A DNA stretch of 64,000 nucleotides, from contig CBDCCK010000002.1 in the NCBI GenBank assembly GCA_965214835.1, positions 1,376,001-1,440,000 on the forward strand, written 5' to 3'. The notes beneath the pieces are model-generated. The model was not told the DNA's origin. It ran no database searches and worked only from the letters and a program-made list of their open reading frames with translations. The DNA comes from Nitrosopumilaceae archaeon (lineage in GTDB: Archaea > Thermoproteota > Nitrososphaeria > Nitrososphaerales > Nitrosopumilaceae). Position 1 is the first letter of the stretch. The number at the start of each line of letters is the position of its first letter. Both the position numbers and the translations under genes were made by a program. This document shows positions 19,784-29,320 of this stretch, piece after piece.

Positions 19784-21927
19784 CTGTAACATGTCCTATC
19801 TGTGACGATTCCTTTGAGTCTCAATCCAAGCTCATGTCCCACTTTGAGATACATAAATCCAAGTCAGTTTTGCAGAGAAAACCCGTCGAGACAGACATGG
19901 CCACAAAAAAGCAGAGTTGCAAAAAAATCAACATCCGGAAAATCTTTGGTGAAGAAATCTTCGAGAGATTAATTTCCGATAAAATCAAAAATGTAGAAAA
20001 CACCGAAGAGATGGTTAACAGGAGACAGTTTGTAGAACAGATAAAAAAGATGGTGTCAAAGCACCCTTTTATCTATGCGCCGTATTTTATTGAGGATGTA
20101 TTTGTTGGGCAAAATGCAGCATTCATACTAAAAAAATATGCAATTCCAAATACTGTAGACTGGCAAAACATAATGCAAAAAACGCTAGGATTGAAGGGCA
20201 AAAGGTACCGCCAGCAGGCGTACAGTAATTCGCTTGAAATGAACATGAAAATACCCACATGGAAGAACAAATATGAGACGTTCAGGGATAATTGCACATT
20301 TTTTGCTGGTGAACTTCTTGAGCTTCTTTTTTACAATCTTTTCTGTTCATCAATTCTTGTTATTATGATGGATCATACAAAAACTGGAGCAGAGCATGGT
20401 GATATAATACTGCGAGCTAGAGAAATCCTTGGAGATAACTTTGACATTTACAAAGTTGTTGACGAGCCACTAAAGAAGAGAATAATTGAAAGATATTTTG
20501 GAAGTGATTTTGAACGTATTGGTGAGGAGATTTTATCCGAGATGATTCGCGAGGGAATTCTCCAAAGGAAGCGAGGTAACTGGAAACTGCTGATCGGCAC
20601 GGTTTCAATAGACAAAATAAAAGATGAGATAGTCAACGAGCTTAGGTTCAATCCAGACATCCACAATGAGACACACATCAGGGATAATGTGACGGCTAGG
20701 CATCCTAGCATACGCCTAATCTTGAATTTGGATGTGTGGAAGACGGCATTGTTTGAACTCGAGGATGAAAAATTGATCCGTCTAGAATCTAGGACAACCA
20801 GCAAAAGCTCGGCACTTGTCTTTCTCAATAAAGATTATCTACGAATCCAACAGAAGCTGAGTGGTCTTGACAATCACCTGCCAGAGTTTCATGGTCGAAA
20901 GATCTCTCCACAGGTGTTTATAGACGAGCTACTCGAGCTGGAACGAGGTGACTTTGGCGACAGAGACGATCAAGTAACCCGAATTGCAGGCCTAGTACTT
21001 GCCGAATCGATAAAGATGCGCGCACCACACGAATCCTTACCCGAGTTTGACTTTTCTACCGACATAACAAACTACAATTTCAGGCCCGAGCAGCTCCAAG
21101 TAATGAAAAGGATGAATTTTGTAATGTGGACCAACATATTTCATTGCAAAGTAATGCTGGAAGAAAAGCTTACGGTAAAAAAATACAAGCGTCTCAAACA
21201 TAATCTACCATCAGAGGATCAAGGAATCGTAGTAACGTTTGTAGAGCCCACGTTAGGTGTAAAGCAAATTCTTGAACAGGACAAATCAATTCAAATAATT
21301 GACAAGGATGATCTAAAATCATGGGCATCAATAACGCCTACAATTCCTGCCAGGAAGGGATCGGTTGTCAGGTTACATTACGATCCAGTATCAGACATGG
21401 AAAGAAGAGTAGCCAAAGTAAACATAATAGACTATGAAAGCGGATTGGCATCAGTCACAGTTTTGCCAGAGGTTAAAGAAGTCACAGTTATGGCAAGGGC
21501 GCTTGAGGAAATCGAAGTGTATAGCAACCAAGTTGATGACTTTGCTGTAATTACAGATAATTATTTTGAATTTCTGACCTGGCTTTCTCAACACTCCGAG
21601 AAACGCGATTTTATCGAGGCAATTTTTGACGGGAATGTGAAGGATCTTAGAAAGATCACGCTAGATAAGAAAAACAACATCTGGGAGATCGAGCTAGCTA
21701 ACAACACGGTAACGATCGAGATGGGAGAAAACAACGCAAACAAAATAGCCAAATGTAGTTGTTATCATGGACTTGATTCCGGCATCCCCTATACGTTTTG
21801 TAAGCATCTGATTACCGCACTGGACAAAATAGGACGGGAAAGGAGTTACTTTGACGAAACATGGAATAGTGAGAACAGTTTCAAGAACGCATTAACAAAG
21901 ATCCTCGCAAAAAATTTTCAGTCTTAG
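19780..21927 (+). CDS. Multidomain protein: C2H2 zinc finger, Mrr-like region and SWIM finger
   Basis: CPIC-x12-H-x3-H; GIVVT...IQIIDKDDL; CSC-x11-CKH; TTG start overlaps the pbeD stop. Confidence 0.65.
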   Translation: MTVTCPICDDSFESQSKLMSHFEIHKSKSVLQRKPVETDMATKKQSCKKINIRKIFGEEIFERLISDKIKNVENTEEMVNRRQFVEQIKKMVSKHPFIYAPYFIEDVFVGQNAAFILKKYAIPNTVDWQNIMQKTLGLKGKRYRQQAYSNSLEMNMKIPTWKNKYETFRDNCTFFAGELLELLFYNLFCSSILVIMMDHTKTGAEHGDIILRAREILGDNFDIYKVVDEPLKKRIIERYFGSDFERIGEEILSEMIREGILQRKRGNWKLLIGTVSIDKIKDEIVNELRFNPDIHNETHIRDNVTARHPSIRLILNLDVWKTALFELEDEKLIRLESRTTSKSSALVFLNKDYLRIQQKLSGLDNHLPEFHGRKISPQVFIDELLELERGDFGDRDDQVTRIAGLVLAESIKMRAPHESLPEFDFSTDITNYNFRPEQLQVMKRMNFVMWTNIFHCKVMLEEKLTVKKYKRLKHNLPSEDQGIVVTFVEPTLGVKQILEQDKSIQIIDKDDLKSWASITPTIPARKGSVVRLHYDPVSDMERRVAKVNIIDYESGLASVTVLPEVKEVTVMARALEEIEVYSNQVDDFAVITDNYFEFLTWLSQHSEKRDFIEAIFDGNVKDLRKITLDKKNNIWEIELANNTVTIEMGENNANKIAKCSCYHGLDSGIPYTFCKHLITALDKIGRERSYFDETWNSENSFKNALTKILAKNFQS

Positions 21928-21951
21928 CACATAGTGAAAAACAAACATTCT

Positions 21952-22085
21952 TCGACATATATGGGCATGAATTATAGTGAAAAACACAAGTTCGTAAAAA
22001 TCCTAGACTTGGTTAAGACGCTCCATGACATCTTGATCTTCACGAACTTTTGTTTCACACATAGTTCATGCCCACATGTGTTCGA
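21952..22085. repeat. Imperfect ~50-bp inverted repeat (MITE-like hairpin)
   Basis: tcgacatatatgggcatgaattatagtgaaaaacacaagttcgt pairs with acgaacttttgtttcacacatagttcatgcccacatgtgttcga. Confidence 0.8.
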
Positions 22086-22110
22086 GAACTCTTAATCGTT
22101 ACTGCTTTTT

Positions 22111-22239
22111 GAGAAATTTATTGGTCTTGTAAAACCTCATTCCGATTATGTCGGCTTAATTATTCAAGGGACAAGACATTATGGCTTGCCCGAATCATGG
22201 GCTGAAAAACTAGAGTTGTTTAAGCAAACACCAGAATGA
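22111..22239 (+). pseudogene. C-terminal remnant of a gamma-glutamylcyclotransferase-like gene
   Basis: PHSDYVGLIIQGTRHYGLPESWAEKL resembles the P..Y...I..G....GLP..Y...L C-terminus; no 5' part. Confidence 0.5.
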
Positions 22240-22257
22240 ATACTGACTTTTTTGATG

Positions 22258-24207
22258 TTATGGTCCCCTATAGTATTGAATGAGTGGAGGATATTTTGGA
22301 TCATCAGGAGTCATGTGACGCTTGACAATAGGTAATGCCATCTTTCCTTCATAGTATTCTTTGTCAATGATTATGATTTGTCTTCCTTTGAGTTCATCTT
22401 CAGCTAACTCGAAGACAAAGTTGTAAAATCCTTTGAATATGTCCACATTCTCTCGTTCGCTGATGTTTTTCATTGGCGTGTCTATGATCAGAAATGTAGG
22501 AAGTAATGTTCCCTTCTTGGCTGCCAGCCTGTGTATTGCCAACGCATAGCACGATTTGAAGATGGTTTTCTTTCCTCCGCTTCCAAGGTTAGCAAAATGT
22601 GTGGTGGTAGGATCGTCAGGCTTTGTTGACGATATGATTGGAATGTAGTTTTTGGGCGAAATCTCTACTTTATGATCTTCTCGCATCCCAGGAAAGTTCA
22701 CTTGCTTGAGCGTGTCCATGAAAATCTTTTCAAGATCTTTTAGAAGCGATTGTTTTTCTAAGGCCTTTTTCTTTTCGTTGTCCAATTCATCTTTCTGTCT
22801 TTCAATTTTTACGGTTAACTTGCCAGCTTCTTTCTGAAATTCATCCACTTTTTGCGGCAATGGAAGAAGTTGTTTTAGATATTGCAATTTTCCTTCAAGC
22901 ATACTTTTGTTTTTCATCAACTCTTTGGTTTGACTAAGATATTTTGAATCATAATCGTGTTGCAGAGATTCTAATCTATCATCCAACAAAGATTTTTCTT
23001 TTCGCTTGTCTGCTAACTTATTTTCAAGAGTTCTTTTTTCTTGTGTCAGTTGCGCAATTGATGAGTCAATTTCTTTGACTCTTTCAACCAAGTCTGAACC
23101 CATTGTCTTGAGATTTTCTACAGGTTCGCTATTGGGTGGTCTGTGACATAACGAACATATGTCAACTTCTTTGTCGTTGCCTAGATGCTGTCCGCACTGT
23201 GGACAAGTATCAAAGTGCAAGTTTCTGAAAACGCCGCGAGCAGCATTTGTCCTATCAATCTTCATGCTAGCTGTGATGTATTCAGATTTCAGTCTATTTT
23301 GATTTGTGATTTGGAAAGAGAGATCCTCGATCTTTTCCTTTATGCTGTCTGCCAAATTACTTACTTGTCTTGATTGTTCTTTCAATTCATCAATGGGGTG
23401 GCTTTTAACAAAGGTTTTCTTGTGTACGGCAGCAAGTTCCATGTTGATTTTTTTCAAGTCTTTTTCGACGGTTTGAATGTTTGCCTGAAGATCTTTGGTC
23501 AACTCAATTCCCGTTTCTTGCAATATGTCACGTAGTTGATTCATTGTGGAAGTTACCGCAGTTTTTTCACTTCGTAAAGCAGCTATGTCAGTCTCAAGTT
23601 TTGTAACTTTTTCAAAATGAAAACCAAAGATAAATCGAACGGCATCTTGGCTCTTATTGCGTTTGAATTGGTCATCCCCATTGTAAAGATAAAAAAATGA
23701 GCTGTCAATTCGATCTTGATCAAGATAGCAGTACCACATAAGGTCACGGAAACTAAGCCGTACCATCTCGCTCTCTATGTTGTGTTTGCTTTTACGAACA
23801 AATGGAGGCTCAAGGCCTGCTAGATAGAAAAGAAGGTCCGACATTGATTCCACCTTTGTGTCAGGTATGAGGAATTTTTCTTTCTGTCCTCTGATTGGGA
23901 TCTGCATAGCCATAGGTTCTCCTTGTGGAGGTTCTCTCCATGCGGAAATAACGGAGTTTTCTCCTTTCGTTCTGTCTAACCTCACTGAATACTTTCCTAT
24001 ATCAAGTTCGAGACTTACGCTAACAAACTCCTGTTGCATTGCGGGTGTTTCTTTAAGATCTCCGCCAAGACAAAAATTAATCAGTCTTGGCATAGTTGAC
24101 TTTCCTGCTCCAATTTTTCCATAAAAATAAGATATTGAATCAGAGAATGGTATTTCGTAATCTGCTCGTTTGGTTCTAAGAATTAACTTGCGGAATTTTA
24201 TTTTCAT
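22258..24207 (-). CDS. lmuB: Lamassu/ABC-three-component SMC-like ATPase (LmuB)
   Basis: GKIGAGKS, LSFRDL..Y.YLDQ, CPQC/CSLC, LGSGG, LIIDTP. Confidence 0.85.
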   Translation of the reverse strand: MKIKFRKLILRTKRADYEIPFSDSISYFYGKIGAGKSTMPRLINFCLGGDLKETPAMQQEFVSVSLELDIGKYSVRLDRTKGENSVISAWREPPQGEPMAMQIPIRGQKEKFLIPDTKVESMSDLLFYLAGLEPPFVRKSKHNIESEMVRLSFRDLMWYCYLDQDRIDSSFFYLYNGDDQFKRNKSQDAVRFIFGFHFEKVTKLETDIAALRSEKTAVTSTMNQLRDILQETGIELTKDLQANIQTVEKDLKKINMELAAVHKKTFVKSHPIDELKEQSRQVSNLADSIKEKIEDLSFQITNQNRLKSEYITASMKIDRTNAARGVFRNLHFDTCPQCGQHLGNDKEVDICSLCHRPPNSEPVENLKTMGSDLVERVKEIDSSIAQLTQEKRTLENKLADKRKEKSLLDDRLESLQHDYDSKYLSQTKELMKNKSMLEGKLQYLKQLLPLPQKVDEFQKEAGKLTVKIERQKDELDNEKKKALEKQSLLKDLEKIFMDTLKQVNFPGMREDHKVEISPKNYIPIISSTKPDDPTTTHFANLGSGGKKTIFKSCYALAIHRLAAKKGTLLPTFLIIDTPMKNISERENVDIFKGFYNFVFELAEDELKGRQIIIIDKEYYEGKMALPIVKRHMTPDDPKYPPLIQYYRGP

Positions 24208-24755
24208 AGGTCTATCTTCTCCCCAAATTTCATGTCATGAAGTTCTGGTACTAATTCATACATTAAGTCTTTTAGTCTAGTTGCGCTTAGTCTTCCAAAA
24301 TTTGAGTAGATTATATCAGAACGGTTAACAAAGTCGTCCATTCCTTCATATTCGCCAAGTTTCTCGGCGGTTTCTTTGCCCTTTTGAGTAATTTGTATTT
24401 CGACTGCTTTATTGTTGGTTGCTACTTGTATCAGTCCTTTTGATTCCAGTATTGCAAGATATTGATAGTAACGATGATCCCATGGGCCGTATCGGAATCT
24501 AACCATTTTAGATTCCACACTTGTTTTTTCGTGTGGTCGGATATTTGGATTGTCAGTAGAATTGAATTTACTTAGAGCACACTCCAAAACCGTAGGATAT
24601 CTTAGCAAAAAGTCTAGTTTTACCAATTTTGTTATTCCTTTGACCTGTTTCATGTTACGTCCTCCTAGTTTTGATAGCAGTATCAAGATACGAGATGTAT
24701 GCAGTTCAAAGTTGCTATCCAAGTCAAGAATCTGTTTGATTATCTGAAAGCTCAA
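24204..24755 (-). CDS. lmuC: ABC-3C middle component (LmuC-like, wHTH)
   Basis: KLVKLDFLLRYP...RYGPWD.RYY; overlaps both neighbours. Confidence 0.8.
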   Translation of the reverse strand: MSFQIIKQILDLDSNFELHTSRILILLSKLGGRNMKQVKGITKLVKLDFLLRYPTVLECALSKFNSTDNPNIRPHEKTSVESKMVRFRYGPWDHRYYQYLAILESKGLIQVATNNKAVEIQITQKGKETAEKLGEYEGMDDFVNRSDIIYSNFGRLSATRLKDLMYELVPELHDMKFGEKIDL

Positions 24756-25972
24756 TTTGCATCCTCCATTTTTTGATTGTTGAACCAGATCTTACAATCT
24801 CCAGTCAAAATGCCGATTATGCCCTTCAATACCTCGTATTTTATTCCAAAAACATCGCGTGCTCTAGTTCTGGCTATGCCTCTGAGCCGGCCCTCTAATG
24901 ATTTTAGCATGTCGGTACCGTATAATGCATCGTCATTTTTTGAATCAGTTTCAGATTCTGCCGCTTCGTTTTCTAATAGGGTTTGCAAATGATCAATTTC
25001 TTGTTTGATTGCTTCTGGTTCACCATTTCTTTTGTTGTATTCCTCAAAGAAGTGATTCTGTGCAGAGTAAGCCAAGTTTTTCATACTGTTGATTTCCATT
25101 ATGCCTATTCCTCCTGCTGCCATTTTTTGTTCCATTAATTCCACGGTTCCAGTCTTTAACTGAAACTCTGTAGGGTTGTTTGACACCAAGTAGACAATCC
25201 GTTCATTCTCTACAATTTCTCCGATTGTTTCAGGGAGGATTTGTTTTGATTTGACTTCCCGCCGTAATTGTTTTCCTTCGCCATCTTCAACAAATGTAAT
25301 ATAGTCTTTGATAGAATTCTCTGTTACCTTGGATGATTTCTTCGAAATAGCTAGGACCAGCATGTTAAGTAAAGAAGATAATTTAGGAACAGAAAGATTA
25401 GAACACTTTTCAATTTTAGACAAATAATCAGTTGTTATTTTACTTTCTATGTCATCAAGTGACGGTCCTTTCAAAATTTCTGTTTTTGACAAAACCGAAA
25501 CTACATCCGTTTTATTTATCGAATTGCTATCAGAGAGTTTTTCAACATACTCCTTGACATCAGAATTCAAATCGTTTGGATTTTCTTGTAATGATTTTAT
25601 TATTCTCTCCAGGTTTTTGGTTTTTTTAAAACCAATATTTGAAACAAAAATAAACTTTTCAAAAGTGTCAGGAAAACCCTGATTTAGGTTAATGAATCTG
25701 TTAAGACTTTTAATTACATCGGGATCATTATAGCTAAATTCTGGTTTTGATTCAGAAGTTTTGATTTGAATTGAAACAAGTTTATCGTTGCATAAAACAC
25801 CTAGAACGTCATCTGCAAGTTCACAAAATAATTGTTTATACGTAATTTCTTTTCTATACATTTGGATAGCAAGTAATATCGTATACAAATGCTGGTATCT
25901 ATATCGTCTTAGAACATCATCGCCGGTTGCAGGAACTTTAGCAATTTCTTCTATTTTGTCCACATCTATCAC
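24752..25972 (-). CDS. lmuA: Lamassu effector: Cap4/DUF4297-like endonuclease plus ABC-3C CTD (LmuA)
   Basis: GDD....Y.YQ, E..DD, QIKT nuclease motif; C-terminal G....LT.DC.IW. Confidence 0.8.
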   Translation of the reverse strand: MIDVDKIEEIAKVPATGDDVLRRYRYQHLYTILLAIQMYRKEITYKQLFCELADDVLGVLCNDKLVSIQIKTSESKPEFSYNDPDVIKSLNRFINLNQGFPDTFEKFIFVSNIGFKKTKNLERIIKSLQENPNDLNSDVKEYVEKLSDSNSINKTDVVSVLSKTEILKGPSLDDIESKITTDYLSKIEKCSNLSVPKLSSLLNMLVLAISKKSSKVTENSIKDYITFVEDGEGKQLRREVKSKQILPETIGEIVENERIVYLVSNNPTEFQLKTGTVELMEQKMAAGGIGIMEINSMKNLAYSAQNHFFEEYNKRNGEPEAIKQEIDHLQTLLENEAAESETDSKNDDALYGTDMLKSLEGRLRGIARTRARDVFGIKYEVLKGIIGILTGDCKIWFNNQKMEDAN

Positions 25973-26009
25973 TCATCAATTACAGGGTAGTTAAAGATAG
26001 ATCCACGAT

Positions 26010-26067
26010 GGAACTGGAACATCTTGGTATATCGTGCATTAGTATCTACCGCAGACGTTCCAGTTCC
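26010..26067. repeat. 58-bp palindrome upstream of the Lamassu operon
   Basis: ggaactggaacatct ... agacgttccagttcc (14/15 complementary). Confidence 0.75.
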
Positions 26068-26351
26068 GGCTACTCAGTAATCTGGGCGTGAAAATTCCAC
26101 TCAAATTTACTACTCGTACCTAATTCTATGGGCGACCTAAACACATGCTGGAGTACATTTGACAAGGTTATTAAAAAATGGGCGATACTGTACTGTAAAT
26201 GACCCTGGAGACGAGCAAGGCACTGTTTCACGATCAGCTGGAGCAGATACGCAACCAGACCGGGCCCTCGCTACGATCAGTGATTTACATGGGGCCATGA
26301 CAGAGAAGCCTGATTCACGCCTAAGACTTGGACTGCAGATGCTGCAACATT

Positions 26352-27665
26352 TTATGACGTTTTTGTTTTTCTGGCCCACTCATTCAACTCTGTTATTACT
26401 GTGTTACGGTAGTTTGTTGCAGGGTTTTCGTGGGATGTTAGCATGTACTCCCCCCACAGGTTGCCGCTGCCTTTTAACACATCGCGTATTGATGAGCTGC
26501 CTCTTTTGTTTTCTGTGTCATATACATATCCCGCATAGGTTGAGTCAGGCTCCAGCCAAGTTATCTGCATATCCGGAATGAACTGTGGCAGGTTTTTGAC
26601 AATGTTCATGCTTGCATCATGGGCTATGCGTCCCAGCATAGAATCGATCACGATAAAATGATTTTTTTCCGCAATGTCACGCATGGCTACAATGCATGAC
26701 ACGGCAAGGCAGTATGTGAGCCCTGCACCGAGCACCGATGGCGGCCTTCCGGGATCCGAGGGACTCTCTGGATCGCATACTGTCACGGTACAGTCTGATC
26801 CGATCTCTACCTTGGAAAAGGGATTATGTGGTGTCAGTCGCAGAAAATACTCGGTGGTTTTGTCAGCAACTGTATTCCTGAACCTCTCTAGCAGGGCATC
26901 CCTGTGCTGACCGAGTATTTTTTCGATGGTTCTTGCCAACGCACTTATGTTGTGACGTGATTGCGACTCTGTTTTTAGATCCATGTCTTTGAGTAGTTCG
27001 TCACGTGTTTCTCTGATGTGTCTTATGGCATCTCCAACAACTGAAAGGCCGGATATCTTTTCCATTCCGACTCTTATCTTGTTTTTGCCATCTGAATCAA
27101 AGAAGGAGCCCAGCAACTCATCGTCAACGAGAAAATACCATGACATGTACTCTGGGAGCACGTCCAGTATGGCATCACAGGCACAAGGCAATTCTGTGCA
27201 CACATCCCATTTGGCAGATTGTTTTGTCCTACGGACAAACTCCAGAGCAGGTGTAATTTCAATGCCTGCAGGCAGGATGCCTCCCACATCGTCCCGGCGA
27301 ACAAGCCGTGAAGATTCCTGCCTCTTGATAAAATGCACCCTGCGTTTTATTGCATATAGCGGCTCGTCCCCCTCGTAAAGATGGACCTCTACAGACGTCT
27401 CGTCCTCATCGCCAGGATTCAGTGACTGCAGCACGTCGCGGTTGATGATGCACATGTCACGAGGGTTTTTCTCAGATCTGAACTTCCCATAAAGGCACCA
27501 GTAAACGGCATCCAATATTGTGGTCTTGCCCCTTCCGTGGGCGCCCGTGATTACCGTAATCGTTTTTTGCGAATCCACGGATAATTCAACTGCAGCAGTG
27601 TCCTTGTATATTCCATAGTTTTTCAGCATGATTTTTCCTAGGCGCACGCCTGTGTTAGGAACCAT
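26352..27665 (-). CDS. Short PbeC/DndD-like ATPase lacking most of the coiled coil, copy 1
   Basis: Walker A GAHGRGKT, YWCLYG; degenerate signature (LGAG) and Walker B/D-loop (IDSMLGRI); start probably ATG 27665. Confidence 0.75.
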   Translation of the reverse strand: MVPNTGVRLGKIMLKNYGIYKDTAAVELSVDSQKTITVITGAHGRGKTTILDAVYWCLYGKFRSEKNPRDMCIINRDVLQSLNPGDEDETSVEVHLYEGDEPLYAIKRRVHFIKRQESSRLVRRDDVGGILPAGIEITPALEFVRRTKQSAKWDVCTELPCACDAILDVLPEYMSWYFLVDDELLGSFFDSDGKNKIRVGMEKISGLSVVGDAIRHIRETRDELLKDMDLKTESQSRHNISALARTIEKILGQHRDALLERFRNTVADKTTEYFLRLTPHNPFSKVEIGSDCTVTVCDPESPSDPGRPPSVLGAGLTYCLAVSCIVAMRDIAEKNHFIVIDSMLGRIAHDASMNIVKNLPQFIPDMQITWLEPDSTYAGYVYDTENKRGSSSIRDVLKGSGNLWGEYMLTSHENPATNYRNTVITELNEWARKTKTS

Positions 27666-27861
27666 GTTTGTTGCAGAACTCCTGTATGTCTTCATTACCG
27701 GCATGTCTTGTGAGAATTTTGCCCAGATTGGTTTTGTAGTTTTTGCCGTCTGCCAGATCCATCTGTTCCTCTGCCTTGAGAACCTCCTTTAGTATGTCCT
27801 TTATCCTGTCTGGGGCATCGTAGGCATCTATCTCTTTCAGAATGAGATCATTAACGGGCAC
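27655..27861 (-). CDS. PbeB-like small protein, copy 1
   Basis: Similar to 16955-17185 (N..IL...P..I..L...L..E...N.D....C); same overlap with the downstream ATPase. Confidence 0.65.
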   Translation of the reverse strand: MPVNDLILKEIDAYDAPDRIKDILKEVLKAEEQMDLADGKNYKTNLGKILTRHAGNEDIQEFCNKHGS

Positions 27862-28635
27862 AGCATGACTATGCAAGCATGTCTTAAAAACTATAGTCGG
27901 CGCTTGCATAGCCTCCTCCTTGTACCAGATCCGGATTCGGCTCACCCCGGTTTTTAACTACCTGTACCTGAATTCTTCCTGATCCGTCTTACGGTTATAT
28001 CCATGGACTCTGCCATCCTAGCGTTGGTGAGGGTGCCCTTTCTCTTTTACCGTACAATCCATCGTACCTAGCTTTCCTTTAGTTTCATGCTGTTTGGGCG
28101 CCCAAGGCCCACGTATTTGCGCGGCCTCTGCCGCTAGACCCACACACCCATGCCTCCGCTGCGGGCAGGCTTGCTCATCTTCTCCTGGCCGACCTTGTAT
28201 ACTCGGAAAAGGGATGAACAACTTTTCGGACGAGATAGATTATAATCATGATCTCACTAAATTGAGAAGCAATCATGAAATCTTTTGATGCCAAAAGCAA
28301 GCTTGGAGCGGGAATCCTTTACATCATAAATTCAGGTATTGTATTTGAGACAAAAATCAAGGCTTGATTTTGCAGATTCCATTGACAATTCTTAGAACGC
28401 ACTAGGCTGGGCTCAAGCATGGGGTGATGGCAGAACAGGTAGGGAGAGTAGCCTAATGCTGTGGAAGGCGCTGAAACTCTTGAAATTGCCAGGGAGCTGA
28501 TTCGAAATTAGCAAATTCTGATTATTTGTGAACGGATTTGCATAATGATGGTGCACGAGTACCTTCTGGGATGCCCCTAATTGATCTGTTTCGGTCAAAA
28601 TTGGCTATCCTGGGTTACTTCTGGGAAGACTGCAT

Positions 28636-28725
28636 GTAAGAGTTTACCCCTCAGGCTGTACTGCTGGCCGGAGCCTTCATGGTCACGCCTGCCACGTTGT
28701 ATCTTGGGGGGGGGTAAACTCTTAC
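28636..28725. mobile_element. ~90-bp MITE, GTAAGAG family, copy 1
   Basis: Perfect 15-bp IR GTAAGAGTTTACCCC; homologous copies at 29180-29270 and 63514-63604. Confidence 0.85.
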
Positions 28726-28747
28726 CAATAAATCAAACTCGGGGGGA

Positions 28748-28864
28748 CAGTCTTCCCAGAAGTACGTGATTCATGACTGTGCAGATGGCAGTGGGCGAAT
28801 CTGCAGGCATCACAATTTGATTTGTTTCAAATCCGGGGCCGTTTTTGGGCTACTGGGAAGACTG
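28748..28864. mobile_element. 117-bp ISH3-type MITE
   Basis: Ends CAGTCTTCCCAG.../...CTGGGAAGACTG; 4-bp TSD GGGA; same IR as 32683-33236. Confidence 0.75.
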
Positions 28865-29082
28865 GGGACGGTCATGCCGGCACACATCCTGAATGCGCGG
28901 GGACTGACAATCTAGCAAGTAATTTCATGGATTACGTACGCCTTGCCTGCATTTGGATCGGGTTGGCGTACATTATGTGCCCATTTGATCAAAATTTGCT
29001 AATTTCGAATCAACTCTCAGGGATCGTCGCGTGTCGGTTAGGTGTTGAGAAACCTCAGACAGAGTCGCCGGAGCCCCAGGGA

Positions 29083-29179
29083 AACATGGACAGGGATCGT
29101 CGCGTGTTGGCTAGACTGAGGCGCAAGGGCTGGTCCGTGCTGCGCTTTTGGGAGCATGACATCATGGGCAATCCTGACA
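29083..29179 (+). pseudogene. Vsr/DUF559-like endonuclease C-terminal remnant
   Basis: NMDRDRRVLARLRRKGWSVLRFWEHDI. Confidence 0.7.
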
Positions 29180-29270
29180 GTAAGAGCTCACCCCCTCCAG
29201 AAAATACGACGTGGTAGGCACGGTGATCAAGGCTCCGACCAGCAGAGTCGCCTGAGGGGTAAACTCTTAC
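29180..29270. mobile_element. ~90-bp MITE, GTAAGAG family, copy 2 (inverted relative to copy 1)
   Basis: gtaagagctcacccc...ggggtaaactcttac; interior resembles the reverse complement of copy 1. Confidence 0.85.
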
Positions 29271-29320
29271 GACTGCATAGGGTCTATAATTTATATGACA
29301 GCGCAAGAGTTCTGGTTACG

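Larger units (their letters stand above)
26265..28488. repeat. Segmental duplication copy 1 (~2.2 kb; copy 2 at 42977-45300)
   Basis: Near-identical from ccctcgctacgatcag to gcctaatgctgtggaagg. Confidence 0.95.

Noticed and set aside
28275-28400. Small ORF MKSFDAKSKLGAGILYIINSGIVFE
   Set aside because: Appears frameshifted in both duplicate copies; at most a remnant
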